Part shown: positions 8,789 through 18,053 of the stretch, one piece after another
Layout of the letters: each line of letters opens with the position of its first letter
Position numbering within the stretch: the stretch's first letter is position 1
Source: Oligoflexales bacterium
GTDB taxonomy: Bacteria; Bdellovibrionota_B; Oligoflexia; Oligoflexales; CAIYRB01
NCBI GenBank assembly: GCA_041736175.1
Contig: JBGSUI010000246.1
Span: 44,990 to 108,989, forward strand
DNA length: 64,000 nucleotides
Direction: 5' to 3'
Notes under the pieces: model-generated
Told to the model about the DNA's origin: nothing
The model's database searches: none
Seen by the model: only the letters and a program-made list of their open reading frames with translations
Made by a program: the position numbers and the translations under genes

Positions 8789-9291
8789 AATCAAGACATA
8801 TTGTACCAGAGAGACTTAGAAAACAAGGCGTTACCTACGATGCTGATTCTGATGAATATATTACAAAATCCGGCTACCGCGTCCCTAGAGAAGAATTTGA
8901 TTTGAAACCTTCGGCAAACAGCAGAGAAATTATAGAAAGCACATTAAATCCTTCTAATATCAAGGAAAAAATAAGCTTTTGGATTGATCAGGACCTGCTG
9001 GATTGCATTAAAAAAGAGGCTAATAAAATCGCTCATAAAAAGTACACCCACCTCATTAATGAGGTCTTGAGGCAGTATTTTTTCAATGAAAAAAATGAAA
9101 AATCGCAACTAACATTAGAAATTTTTCGCCAAGAAATGTTAGACTTAAAAACCAAAATATTTTCTGGCAACGATTTTATAGAGAAGATTACGGAGAAAGC
9201 TGAACACCAGCGAGGATTGAATACGGGTGGCTTGATGGCAACAAAACGGAAGGCGAAGTCTTCAAGAAAAAAGGCGGTTAAATCGATTTAA
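8785..9291 (+). CDS. Ribbon-helix-helix (BrnA/CopG-like) protein, putative antitoxin
   Basis: KEKISFWIDQDLLDCIKKEA...YTHLINEVLRQY resembles the BrnA-type RHH domain. Translationally coupled to the DUF4160 gene. Confidence 0.7.
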   Translation: MKSRHIVPERLRKQGVTYDADSDEYITKSGYRVPREEFDLKPSANSREIIESTLNPSNIKEKISFWIDQDLLDCIKKEANKIAHKKYTHLINEVLRQYFFNEKNEKSQLTLEIFRQEMLDLKTKIFSGNDFIEKITEKAEHQRGLNTGGLMATKRKAKSSRKKAVKSI

Positions 9292-9484
9292 TTGAGCTGA
9301 TTGTCCTATAGTGTTCAAAAAAAACAGACTCCACTCTTATTACGGAGTGGAGCCCATCTGACGTCGACCTCTTTAAATAAAAAAGAAGTGGTAACAGCAA
9401 ACAAAGAGAAAAAGCAACGAGGTAAATGCTACTAACTGCAATTAACACCTTTTTGGCAACTGAATCACGAGTCCTATATCCCAT
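9278..9484 (-). CDS. Small single-TM hypothetical protein
   Basis: 68 aa with hydrophobic helix VLIAVSSIYLVAFSLCLLLPLLFYL. GGGAGG lies upstream. Confidence 0.4.
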   Translation of the reverse strand: MGYRTRDSVAKKVLIAVSSIYLVAFSLCLLLPLLFYLKRSTSDGLHSVIRVESVFFEHYRTISSIKSI

Positions 9485-9579
9485 AAATCACCAGCCTCCC
9501 TGAGGACGATGTTAAGCTTTTAAAAGCCATAATCAAAAATCCAATGATTCCATGGCATTTTAAAAAAATCTGGAGAAGT

Positions 9580-9710
9580 GCCTAGCGATTAAGGCTTGGC
9601 GCGCCGCATTCGAGCCATTCCGATAGGATAGCTTTCTGGGATTTGGGGATTTCTTGGGTTGGTGGCATAGGATTTTTTGCGGCAGAATTCGTCCGTAGGA
9701 TAATCAGAGC
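9580..9710 (-). repeat. 131-bp direct repeat, copy 2 (the in-gene copy)
   Basis: Matches 8179-8309 and includes the stop codon of the cytochrome c gene. Confidence 0.95.
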
Positions 9711-10058
9711 CCGCCATCTTTGGACGTCTCCGGCTGTATCAAAGTTAGTCTCAAGGGGGGCTCCAGCGCGCAGATTGGTCGGGACTTTTTGACTGTGACA
9801 CGCTAAACAAAATTGGGACATAAATCCTGAGCCGAAATTTTCGTAGCTCGACATCGTACCCTTTGGGCAGTTTAGAAGCGTCATATTAGGGTAGGGGTAA
9901 AGGTTGGCGATGGGTGGTGGCTCAGTAGGCGCCGGTTTATCTGGTCCGTAGTCTTCGTCGCTTGGACCACAGCTGAGGATTAAAAATAGGAAACATCCCC
10001 AGCCGAGGATAAAGCATCTCAGGAATGACAGTTTTAAAATTTGATAGCCTAGGTTCAT
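9582..10058 (-). CDS. c-type cytochrome lipoprotein
   Basis: Lipobox ILSC, heme motif CLACH, distal MPP and WLECGAP C-terminus. Confidence 0.8.
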   Translation of the reverse strand: MNLGYQILKLSFLRCFILGWGCFLFLILSCGPSDEDYGPDKPAPTEPPPIANLYPYPNMTLLNCPKGTMSSYENFGSGFMSQFCLACHSQKVPTNLRAGAPLETNFDTAGDVQRWRALIILRTNSAAKNPMPPTQEIPKSQKAILSEWLECGAPSLNR

Positions 10059-11245
10059 ATTTTGGAGTCCATTTGAATGATAGATGATAGTGGCTTTGTG
10101 TCGGGTATCAACAATTTTGCCGGGAGGTTATATCGCAAATAGAGGCTCGCAAAAATGTGACTTGGTTCAATCAAAACAGCGTTAGGACCACCTGCAGAAC
10201 CAAAAACCGGGTCTATGGGGACCCCTCTTAGGGCTGGATCCGTTTGTCCAGAAACAGAATATGGTTTGATACCAGGCCCCCATAATAGCATCGAGGTATA
10301 GGGCCAAGGGCCTTTACCCTCAGCGCTATTGAGCTTTGGAGATCGACCCCGATCGGAGAGGACCACTACGACCATGGAAGAGAGCACACCTTTTGCTTCA
10401 GCATAAGCCATGATAAGAGCGAGTTCTGAAAAAAGCGACTCGAAAAGGACTGACTGGGTCGCAAAGTGATTGGTGTAAGTGTCCCATTTGCTGCCTTTAC
10501 CGTGGGTGATCGCTGCACAAAGGCTGTTGGATTTTGCAAACATCTCCACGGCGACTTTGCCCGAAACCAGAAAATCCGATTCTTTTTCGCCAGGCTTCAG
10601 TTCCTTTATTATTTTGGACAATGCAGATGACAAGGGATTGTAGCGGAGCGAAGCTGCAGCAAGGCTCGCCACCTTATCGCCATCCAGGGTCCCTTCGGCT
10701 ACGGTGCTTAAAAATTTGGTCATCTCCGCTTTTTTGTAGGTGTCCATAAGAAGCTCAATTTTGTCCGGAATTAATTCGGCTTCAACTGGCGTAGAAACAG
10801 CTATTTTTCGCAGTTCGTTGACGGTTACGGGATAGCTTACACTGGGTAAAGACCCTGGGTAAAAGGGCGTGTCTATGACCAAGTAGGGGGCAATGAGTGT
10901 AGGATTTATATTCGAAGCATAAAAGGTCAGCCAGTCTACTGGGCGGAATTTATCGGGTGGTACGACACTTAACATTTTTTGGGCTGCCTTTGATTGTTCC
11001 ATAGACCCCACATGGACTCCGTTGATAAAAGCTGCATTCCCACCGTAAGTATCGATCCACTTTTTGACGGCGGGTCTTTGAGGGTGGCTTACATAGGGAA
11101 GGCTGTTAGGTCCTAGAGCTAAGGTAGCGCCTGATTCTTGGCTAACATAGGCCGATTCTAGTTTGGGATCAAAAACCATAGTCGGATCCCAGCCACCACT
11201 GACATAGACCAATAGAATAAAGGGACTAAGACCTTGCGTGAGCAT
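10055..11245 (-). CDS. DUF1501-like protein
   Basis: YVSGGWDP, WDTY..HF and VVVLSDRGRSP motifs. Lies in the usual context next to a CxxCH/DUF1585-type partner. GAGG RBS before the ATG at 11245. Confidence 0.75.
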   Translation of the reverse strand: MLTQGLSPFILLVYVSGGWDPTMVFDPKLESAYVSQESGATLALGPNSLPYVSHPQRPAVKKWIDTYGGNAAFINGVHVGSMEQSKAAQKMLSVVPPDKFRPVDWLTFYASNINPTLIAPYLVIDTPFYPGSLPSVSYPVTVNELRKIAVSTPVEAELIPDKIELLMDTYKKAEMTKFLSTVAEGTLDGDKVASLAAASLRYNPLSSALSKIIKELKPGEKESDFLVSGKVAVEMFAKSNSLCAAITHGKGSKWDTYTNHFATQSVLFESLFSELALIMAYAEAKGVLSSMVVVVLSDRGRSPKLNSAEGKGPWPYTSMLLWGPGIKPYSVSGQTDPALRGVPIDPVFGSAGGPNAVLIEPSHIFASLYLRYNLPAKLLIPDTKPLSSIIQMDSKI

Positions 11246-11253
11246 AAATGCCT

Positions 11254-13104
11254 CTAGTATGAGTAAAATTTGGGATGGGTTAAGATCACATTGATGATGG
11301 TCTGCCATGCGAGATAGTAAGCTTCGATATCGTTAGGTGGCTTGCCTGACTGGGACTTTGCGTCTTCCCAGAGGGTGTAGAGGTCCAGGAGGCTTTGGCT
11401 GCGGTTTTCTAGTGTTTCTGAAGTTAGTTTAAACCAAAGGGATTTAATTTGGTTAGCGATTTCGTCCGGTGAGGCTTTAAGTGGCAGTCCGGAAGGTAGT
11501 TCGTTAAAGAGTTTTCGATCTTGGGGATTGACCCCGTCTTTGAGTTCTTCTCGGGTGATCCTATAGGAAAATTTGCGAGTTATATCTTCTATAGCTCTTA
11601 GGTAGCGTATATTGGGCAACATCGTAAGGTCGTTAAAATCACTAAAATCGTTGTAAGTCGGTTCTAAATCCTCCGAAAAAACAAAAGTGTTCGCCTGTGG
11701 CAATAACGATTTTAGGATTGTTTCCCAATGGATTTTTCTTAGGACTCTAAAGCCCGAAACCTCTTGGTTTTCGCGGCTTATCGGAGCAGCGGTTGGTTGC
11801 GATTTAGGATCTTTCGGATCTTTCGTAGCTTTCGGGTCTTTCGGGTCATTGGTATTTTTTGAATCTTTTGGGTCCACTTTAGAAGTGCTTTTATCATCCT
11901 GGGTAGCTTGCTCACTTCCTGGTTGAGGGCTTGATTTTACATTGGTAGGGGCTATATTAAAGTTGCGTGACCGCAGGAGCCACTTAAGAGATTTTCTAAG
12001 AATTTGGTCTTCGTAGACGAGATCGTCAAAACTTAAGGCTGTTGATTGTCTAAGTTGCGAGTTGTAGGGCATCTGTAGGATCAAACTAGAAAGTTTTTCA
12101 ATTTGGCAGCGGAAAAAGAGGGAGCTACTCCCCAGTTTTATACCAAACTCTTCCAGACCCGTAAAACTGATAGGGCCAAAAGAACCGGAGGGCACCTGGG
12201 CCGGAGCCTTATAGGTTTTCCATTCACTCCAGGTTTTTCCATCGGCCAATCCCGCAAAAGCGGGCGCGATTTGCTGAAAGGCGCCATGGCATGCTACGCA
12301 CGGGGCTTTTTGTGCGCTGAGTGACGTCAGATCGCCTTGTAACTCAACACTTTCAAGATCGGAAAAAACATGGGTTTTCGATTGACTCATGGAATCGCAG
12401 GCGAGCGCACTTAAAATTTTGTGCACCCGATGTTGGCCCGATGGATCGCCTCGCGTCGGAAATGTCGCCAGAAAACCATTTAAAGGCAAGACCCCAGCTG
12501 GAGGGCGCTGGTCAGGATAGGTGAAGGTTATATAAGGCGAATTTTGCCAGGTTGTCGAACTATTGGTGATATCATAGAGTGTCGCTAGACTGTTATGTAT
12601 ATTAGAAAACTGAAAAGTCAGAAGATTTCTAAGTGGCTGGTTGTCTTCAAAAAGAACTTTTATGGCAGAAATCGGTTCGTGGCGTATATGAGCTTTGGTG
12701 AGTTCGGTCAGCTCCTTACTAAGATTAGAGTCTTTTTCAATGAGTGCTTCTAAGTCGTTTAAATGAGCATTTTTAATGTTCCAAATGTAGCCAAAATTAT
12801 CAGCAAATATTTCGTAGGATAGCTGCTGCTCCAAGAGAAAATCAGTCCAAATATTGATTTTTTCAGGAGCTAAAGACAGCTTTTCTATTTCCAACCCCGA
12901 CGGGAGCTGGCCTGTCAGTTCGATTTTTATCCTCCGAATCTGGCGGGGAATTGGCAATCGATCGGTGATTGATGGCGCTGATTCCTTGGGTGGCGATTCT
13001 TCGGTTGTGGAGGAAGATGGTTTTGGCTTTTTGTCGGTTGCTAGTGACAAGCCACAGGAGACTATGAACGTTGATAGTGCGCATAAATAAAAATTAGTAT
13101 GCAT
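11254..13104 (-). CDS. CxxCH-containing lipoprotein, DUF1588/DUF1585-like
   Basis: Lipobox IVSC, RRIKIELTGQLP motif, heme motif CVACH and a low-complexity DPKD insert. Confidence 0.7.
   Translation of the reverse strand: MHTNFYLCALSTFIVSCGLSLATDKKPKPSSSTTEESPPKESAPSITDRLPIPRQIRRIKIELTGQLPSGLEIEKLSLAPEKINIWTDFLLEQQLSYEIFADNFGYIWNIKNAHLNDLEALIEKDSNLSKELTELTKAHIRHEPISAIKVLFEDNQPLRNLLTFQFSNIHNSLATLYDITNSSTTWQNSPYITFTYPDQRPPAGVLPLNGFLATFPTRGDPSGQHRVHKILSALACDSMSQSKTHVFSDLESVELQGDLTSLSAQKAPCVACHGAFQQIAPAFAGLADGKTWSEWKTYKAPAQVPSGSFGPISFTGLEEFGIKLGSSSLFFRCQIEKLSSLILQMPYNSQLRQSTALSFDDLVYEDQILRKSLKWLLRSRNFNIAPTNVKSSPQPGSEQATQDDKSTSKVDPKDSKNTNDPKDPKATKDPKDPKSQPTAAPISRENQEVSGFRVLRKIHWETILKSLLPQANTFVFSEDLEPTYNDFSDFNDLTMLPNIRYLRAIEDITRKFSYRITREELKDGVNPQDRKLFNELPSGLPLKASPDEIANQIKSLWFKLTSETLENRSQSLLDLYTLWEDAKSQSGKPPNDIEAYYLAWQTIINVILTHPKFYSY
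11801..11876 (-). repeat. Degenerate 9-bp tandem repeat encoding DPK/DSK/ATK tripeptides
   Basis: tctttcgg(a/g)-like units giving DPKDSKNTNDPKDPKATKDPKDPKS. Confidence 0.6.
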
Positions 13105-13190
13105 AGTTGGGGGTCCTCAGTTCCTATTCGGATTGAGGACTTTTCATTTGATAGGCAAAAAACTTCTAGGCAATCGTAGCGGCGTTCCAT

Positions 13191-13379
13191 CTACCGGTAT
13201 TGGGGTAACACAGAAATCGAGATCCTTGGTGCTTCGGTGTTCTCTATGTTGGTCGACCGAATGCCAGGTGCTTCTGGATGTTGACTCGCATTACAGGAGA
13301 CCATCGGAAAAACTCCTAACGATCCGAGTACAAGAAGTATTTCTTTTAGGGTCACACGGGTTTTAGCGGAATCTTTCAT
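13191..13379 (-). CDS. Small hypothetical lipoprotein
   Basis: Strong GAGGAG RBS and a signal peptide ending MVSC. Sits directly upstream of the DUF1585/DUF1501/cytochrome genes on the same strand. Confidence 0.55.
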   Translation of the reverse strand: MKDSAKTRVTLKEILLVLGSLGVFPMVSCNASQHPEAPGIRSTNIENTEAPRISISVLPQYR

Positions 13380-13652
13380 TGGGCTTCTCCTCGTTCTATG
13401 TTCTATTTGTCTTTTCGGAAAGAGCTATGGTTTTCTTGAGGGAAAGTCACATATTTCCAGAATGCTGAATTATTTAGACCAGGTGGGCCTGACGAGGAGT
13501 CCAAAATAGGGAGATTTGGGAGCAACATTAGGTTGGGGTAGGTCCATTTCAGCGCGGATTTGTTGCTTGGAAGAGAAGGTTGATTATGCTAATGTCGGCC
13601 CGCTTGCAGAAAAGCCAGCGGCCTTAGCTAACCCACTAAGAGGATTAGAAAA

Positions 13653-14576
13653 ATGGTGGATCAAGCGGACCAGCCTAACCAAAAGCTCCATATCGGGAAA
13701 CCCCCCTGGCTCAAGACTCCGATAGGCCGTGGCGAAAACTTTTTTGAAATAAAGCAGGATCTAAGAGAACGAAAGCTTTTTACGGTCTGCGAAGAAGCAA
13801 AATGTCCTAACATAGGACAATGTTGGAACGATAGAACCGCGACCTTTATGATTTTAGGAGATACCTGTACGCGAGGGTGTCGGTTTTGCCACATCAAGAC
13901 AGGCAATCCCAATGGCTGGTATGATCCGGAAGAGCCAGACAAAGTGGCCGATTTAGCCAGGTCCTTAAAGTTAAACTATGCTGTGATCACCATGGTTGAT
14001 CGGGACGATATGGACGATGGCGGGGCCGCACATGTGGCGCGGGTGGTGGCGCGGGTTAAGCAGGTTAACCCTGGAATTCGAGTGGAAGTCCTCGCGGGAG
14101 ATTTCAACAATCGGGACCAGTCATTGTTGGCGGTTCTTTCTGCTGAGCCGGAGGTTTTTGCCCACAATGTAGAGACCGTAGAAAGACTGACTCCAAGGGT
14201 TCGGGATGCTCGCGCTGGTTATAGGCAGTCCCTTGAGGTTTTGCAAAAGGTTAAGACACTCAGTTCTGACCGACCGATTTTCACAAAAAGTGCTCTGATG
14301 CTAGGCTTGGGCGAAGACTTAGCGGAAGTTCTTCAGACTCTCGGGGATTTGCGAGAGCACGGGGTGGATTTCTTGACCATAGGTCAGTATTTGAGGCCAA
14401 CGAAAAAGCATTTATCGATCAAGCGTTGGGTGCATCCCGACGAATTTGATGATATTGGCAAACAGGCAAAGGCAATGGGTTTTCTCGGTGTGGTCTCCGG
14501 ACCTTTGGTCCGAAGTTCCTACAAAGCAGGTGAGTTTTATGCAAAGGCACTTAAGGATAGCCAACCAAAGGAGTGA
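13653..14576 (+). CDS. lipA: Lipoyl synthase
   Basis: CEEAKCPNIGQC auxiliary cluster motif, radical-SAM CTRGCRFC and C-terminal PLVRSSY. Confidence 0.97.
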   Translation: MVDQADQPNQKLHIGKPPWLKTPIGRGENFFEIKQDLRERKLFTVCEEAKCPNIGQCWNDRTATFMILGDTCTRGCRFCHIKTGNPNGWYDPEEPDKVADLARSLKLNYAVITMVDRDDMDDGGAAHVARVVARVKQVNPGIRVEVLAGDFNNRDQSLLAVLSAEPEVFAHNVETVERLTPRVRDARAGYRQSLEVLQKVKTLSSDRPIFTKSALMLGLGEDLAEVLQTLGDLREHGVDFLTIGQYLRPTKKHLSIKRWVHPDEFDDIGKQAKAMGFLGVVSGPLVRSSYKAGEFYAKALKDSQPKE

Positions 14577-15496
14577 AGGAGATTTCAGGAATCGAAATGC
14601 GGACTGATAAACGAGGTGCTTTTGAATGGACTTGTCTGGATCGAGCGTTGGCCTATCTTGTCGAAGGAATTGTAAGGTTAGTTTGTTTTTTTCCAAAGGA
14701 TGTCATCGAAGTCACTGGGGTGATTTTGGCCAATGTGGTTTGTGTTTGGGGTGGCAAAAACCGGATGCGAATCTACAAGAACACCCAACTCGTCTATAAC
14801 CTTCCCGAGCAAAGCCATTTTGCTAAAATGTTTGTGCGGCAGATCATAGGCCATCAGGTCCATTGTTTCCTAGAGACTGTAAAGTTTATTCTGCAACCCC
14901 AAAGCGTCAGAGTGATCGGTCTACAAGATCTCGAGTCCCAGATCAAAGAGGCCGAAGCACAGGGTTTAGGGCATATCATTGTAACGGGGCATGTGGGCAG
15001 TTGGGAAATGGTGGCCTACTATGGCAACCTGGTTAGCCAAAAGCCTTTCCATGTTCTTGCTAAGCCATCGAGATTTCGTGGTTTCACGTTGTTTTTGGAG
15101 CGTCTTAGACTCAAAATGGGAACGCCAGTCCTCTGGAACCATAAAAAAAATCTGGTCAGAGAAATACTGGGGGCCCTCAGGCGGGGAGAGTCCATTGGCT
15201 TTGTGATGGATCAGAAACCAGAGGGTCGAAAAGGACCCCTTGTGAGTTTTTTTGAGATGCCTACTGCTTTTGTCGGAGGGCCGGCTTCCATAGCGATTAA
15301 AACCCGGTGTGCGATTATAGGGGTCTTTTGTTTACGGGAGAGTCCTTTTGAATACCGGATCCTTTCCCGAACCCTTGCGCCGGCAGGACACCAGTATCAG
15401 GATGAGATCGAGTTGACCCAAATCATGGCTAGAGAGATCGAAGGCATTATTAAAGCTTATCCAGAACAGTGGCTTTGGAACTATAAACGTTGGTAG
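14573..15496 (+). CDS. Lipid A biosynthesis acyltransferase (LpxL/HtrB family)
   Basis: GHVGSWE (HxxxxE), MDQ and PEQWLWNYKRW motifs. Confidence 0.88.
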   Translation: MKEISGIEMRTDKRGAFEWTCLDRALAYLVEGIVRLVCFFPKDVIEVTGVILANVVCVWGGKNRMRIYKNTQLVYNLPEQSHFAKMFVRQIIGHQVHCFLETVKFILQPQSVRVIGLQDLESQIKEAEAQGLGHIIVTGHVGSWEMVAYYGNLVSQKPFHVLAKPSRFRGFTLFLERLRLKMGTPVLWNHKKNLVREILGALRRGESIGFVMDQKPEGRKGPLVSFFEMPTAFVGGPASIAIKTRCAIIGVFCLRESPFEYRILSRTLAPAGHQYQDEIELTQIMAREIEGIIKAYPEQWLWNYKRW

Positions 15497-16257
15497 TCTG
15501 GTATGATAAACCTATGGTCGAATCCCGCCAAAAACAAAAAGGTTATATAGAAACTCTCCTAGGGCGCTCCTTGAGGGTTTCGCCCCCAGCTCTCGTTTAT
15601 TTCTTGGCCATCTTGCTGATTATGCTGACCTCTGAGCCTAATTTTAGGTCCATGGTATTAGGCGTTGGCACAGTATTGAGTGGCTTTCTGGTGCAAATCT
15701 TTGCTGCGGGGTATGGCAGAAGGCCCACTGAGATTGTGGGCATCTACCGATGGGTTCGCTATCCCCTGGAACTGGGGAACTTTATGGTCCTGCTGGGAGT
15801 GGCCCTCTGTGGTAAACAGGTGGATATCATCTTGTTGATCTTGTTAGGGTGTGGGATCTATTTTGCCCAGGACTTACGGCATAGGGAATTACAAGAGGGT
15901 CTGGCTGCACAACCTGAGGCTCTCCGTTACCAGAGGTTGGTGTCAGGGATGATGCCCTCATTATGGCCCGTAGCACAAAGGTTGGTATCTCCCCCATTAG
16001 GCCAAGTTCCGCCTTTTTCTCTAAAGCAGGCTTTTCTTGGGCAAATTCAGCGAAATATAAGACAAATTGACTTCTTTTTAGCCCATATTCTCTTGCTTTG
16101 CTGTTTATATATAGGATATCGATACGCGGGGATTTTTCCATTTAATGGTTTATTTGCAGGATTACTGTTGGTCTTTGGACTTAGCCGAACTATGTATCTT
16201 GCACTGCGCGGTGACAGGAGGGGTAAACCAAAAATGGGACTTCACGACCAAGCCTAG
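15490..16257 (+). CDS. Isoprenylcysteine/phospholipid methyltransferase-like membrane protein
   Basis: Several TM segments and GIYRWVRYPLELG, a variant of GxYxxxRHP. Confidence 0.6.
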   Translation: MVVWYDKPMVESRQKQKGYIETLLGRSLRVSPPALVYFLAILLIMLTSEPNFRSMVLGVGTVLSGFLVQIFAAGYGRRPTEIVGIYRWVRYPLELGNFMVLLGVALCGKQVDIILLILLGCGIYFAQDLRHRELQEGLAAQPEALRYQRLVSGMMPSLWPVAQRLVSPPLGQVPPFSLKQAFLGQIQRNIRQIDFFLAHILLLCCLYIGYRYAGIFPFNGLFAGLLLVFGLSRTMYLALRGDRRGKPKMGLHDQA

Positions 16258-16266
16258 GAGATCCTT

Positions 16267-17439
16267 ATGACTTCGATTGGACCCTACCCGGATTTTTTTC
16301 AAATCAGTGATCTGCTCACTACGGATCAGCATTTGGCTATGGAAAGTGTGAGGAGCTTTGTAAAAAAGGAGGTTGAGCCGGTTATCCGAGATGCCTACCT
16401 AAATGAGGTTTTTCCCGAACATCTCCCGAGAGCCATGGGCGAAATGGGGCTGCTGGGCCCCCACTTAAAGGGTTATGGCCTGCCAGGTCTCGATCCGATT
16501 TCCTATGGTCTTATGATGCAGGAGTTGGAGAGGTGTGATTCCGGTCTCAGGAGTTTTGCATCGGTGCAGGGCGCTCTCGTGATGTACCCTATCTCAGAGT
16601 TTGGCAGTGAGGATCAAAAACAGCACTGGCTTCCAAGGCTCGCGTCAGGCATATCGATCGGCTGTTTTGGCCTCACCGAATCCCATGGTGGATCTGATCC
16701 AGGAGCGATGCTTACCGTAGCCACTAAAAAGGCTGGAGGCTGGCTTTTAAGCGGCAGTAAAACCTGGATCACCAATGGCTCACTTGCTGAGATCGCCGTC
16801 GTTTGGGCGCAGACAGACGAAGGAATTCGGGCTTTTCTAGTACCTACGAAATCCAAAGGTGTTTCCGTTAAGAAGATGACAGGCAAGCTCTCTCTGAGGG
16901 CTTCGGTCACCTCGGAGCTTTTTTTCGATAGCGTCCCATTGGAAAAAGAATCCATACTGCCGGGGGCGTTTGGTCTTAAGGCAGCGCTCAAATGTCTGAC
17001 CCAAGCCCGATATGGCATATCCTGGGGTGTCCTTGGCGCTGCCGAGGCTTGTTTTGATGAAGCGGTTTCCTATGTCTCCGATCGAAAGACCTTTGGGCGG
17101 AGTTTAGGTCACAACCAACTCATCCAACGAAAGCTGGCCATCATGCTTTCGAGAATAACCCAAGCCAAGCTCCTTGCCTTTAGACTAGGTCAACTTTCTC
17201 AAAGTGGAAAGATGCATCATTCGCATGTGAGTATGGCCAAACAAAATAATGTGGAAGTAGCGCTTGAGACCGCCCGAGCCAGTAGAGATATATTAGGTGC
17301 CAATGGAATCATGATCGAATATGCCTCGATGCGGCATTTATGTAACTTAGAAACCGTCTATACTTACGAGGGGACCAACGACATCCACCTCTTGGTCCTA
17401 GGAGCTGAAATCACTGGAAAGCCAGCATTTGGAGCCTAA
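16267..17439 (+). CDS. gcdH: Acyl-CoA dehydrogenase, glutaryl-CoA dehydrogenase-like
   Basis: GCFGLTESHGGSDP, SGSKTWITNG and NLETVYTYEGTNDIH motifs. Confidence 0.85.
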   Translation: MTSIGPYPDFFQISDLLTTDQHLAMESVRSFVKKEVEPVIRDAYLNEVFPEHLPRAMGEMGLLGPHLKGYGLPGLDPISYGLMMQELERCDSGLRSFASVQGALVMYPISEFGSEDQKQHWLPRLASGISIGCFGLTESHGGSDPGAMLTVATKKAGGWLLSGSKTWITNGSLAEIAVVWAQTDEGIRAFLVPTKSKGVSVKKMTGKLSLRASVTSELFFDSVPLEKESILPGAFGLKAALKCLTQARYGISWGVLGAAEACFDEAVSYVSDRKTFGRSLGHNQLIQRKLAIMLSRITQAKLLAFRLGQLSQSGKMHHSHVSMAKQNNVEVALETARASRDILGANGIMIEYASMRHLCNLETVYTYEGTNDIHLLVLGAEITGKPAFGA

Positions 17440-17445
17440 GCAACG

Positions 17446-17946
17446 ATGGATATTCATCTGATATTTATCTGGGTGATTTTGGCGGTGAGTTGCAAACGAC
17501 CCAGTAGGTTTCAGCCTCTAGAAAACCCGGAGGAGAGGACGCTCGCTTTTCTAGCCTACTCTTCGCCGGAATCGGGTCCGGGGAAAAGTGTCTTGCCCCT
17601 TGAGTTTGAGTTGGACGAAAAAACCGGAAAGCCTCGTCATCGATTGGTCTTAAAGCTCGATTATTTTCCAAATCAAAAATCTTCGCAAGCGGGTCGTCAG
17701 ATACCTAGCTGTCTAGAACCACTGAAAAATGACTTTGAAATTGGATTTTTGATATGCCAACGCAAAGCAGGAAGTCGGGTTTTACTCCAGGCAGGGATGG
17801 TAGACCAAGTCTGCTATACAAAGGTCCCTTCTATGCGAGTGGTTGCTCGGGACTCATTGGTTTTACCTGGCTGTAGTCGCGCAGAGGGGTATTTGCACCA
17901 GTTTGATCCCCAGCTGAGGCTCGACTTAGAGGCAAAAGATCTCTGA
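17446..17946 (+). CDS. Hypothetical lipoprotein
   Basis: Signal peptide ending AVSC. Starts 6 nt after the upstream stop. Confidence 0.65.
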   Translation: MDIHLIFIWVILAVSCKRPSRFQPLENPEERTLAFLAYSSPESGPGKSVLPLEFELDEKTGKPRHRLVLKLDYFPNQKSSQAGRQIPSCLEPLKNDFEIGFLICQRKAGSRVLLQAGMVDQVCYTKVPSMRVVARDSLVLPGCSRAEGYLHQFDPQLRLDLEAKDL

Positions 17947-18053
17947 GAGCTAGCGGAAAATGCGTCTTGTGATTTGCATTGTTTTAGGTTTCAATGTCAA
18001 CAATGAGTCAGGACATGTGTTCAGTAGCTAAATTAAAAATTTAAAGGAATTTA

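Noticed and set aside
8179..9710. The 131-bp repeat pair as a diversity-generating retroelement TR/VR
   Set aside because: Four of five differences are A in copy 1 only on the non-coding strand (T on the coding strand), three of five are synonymous, and no reverse transcriptase is present in the window.
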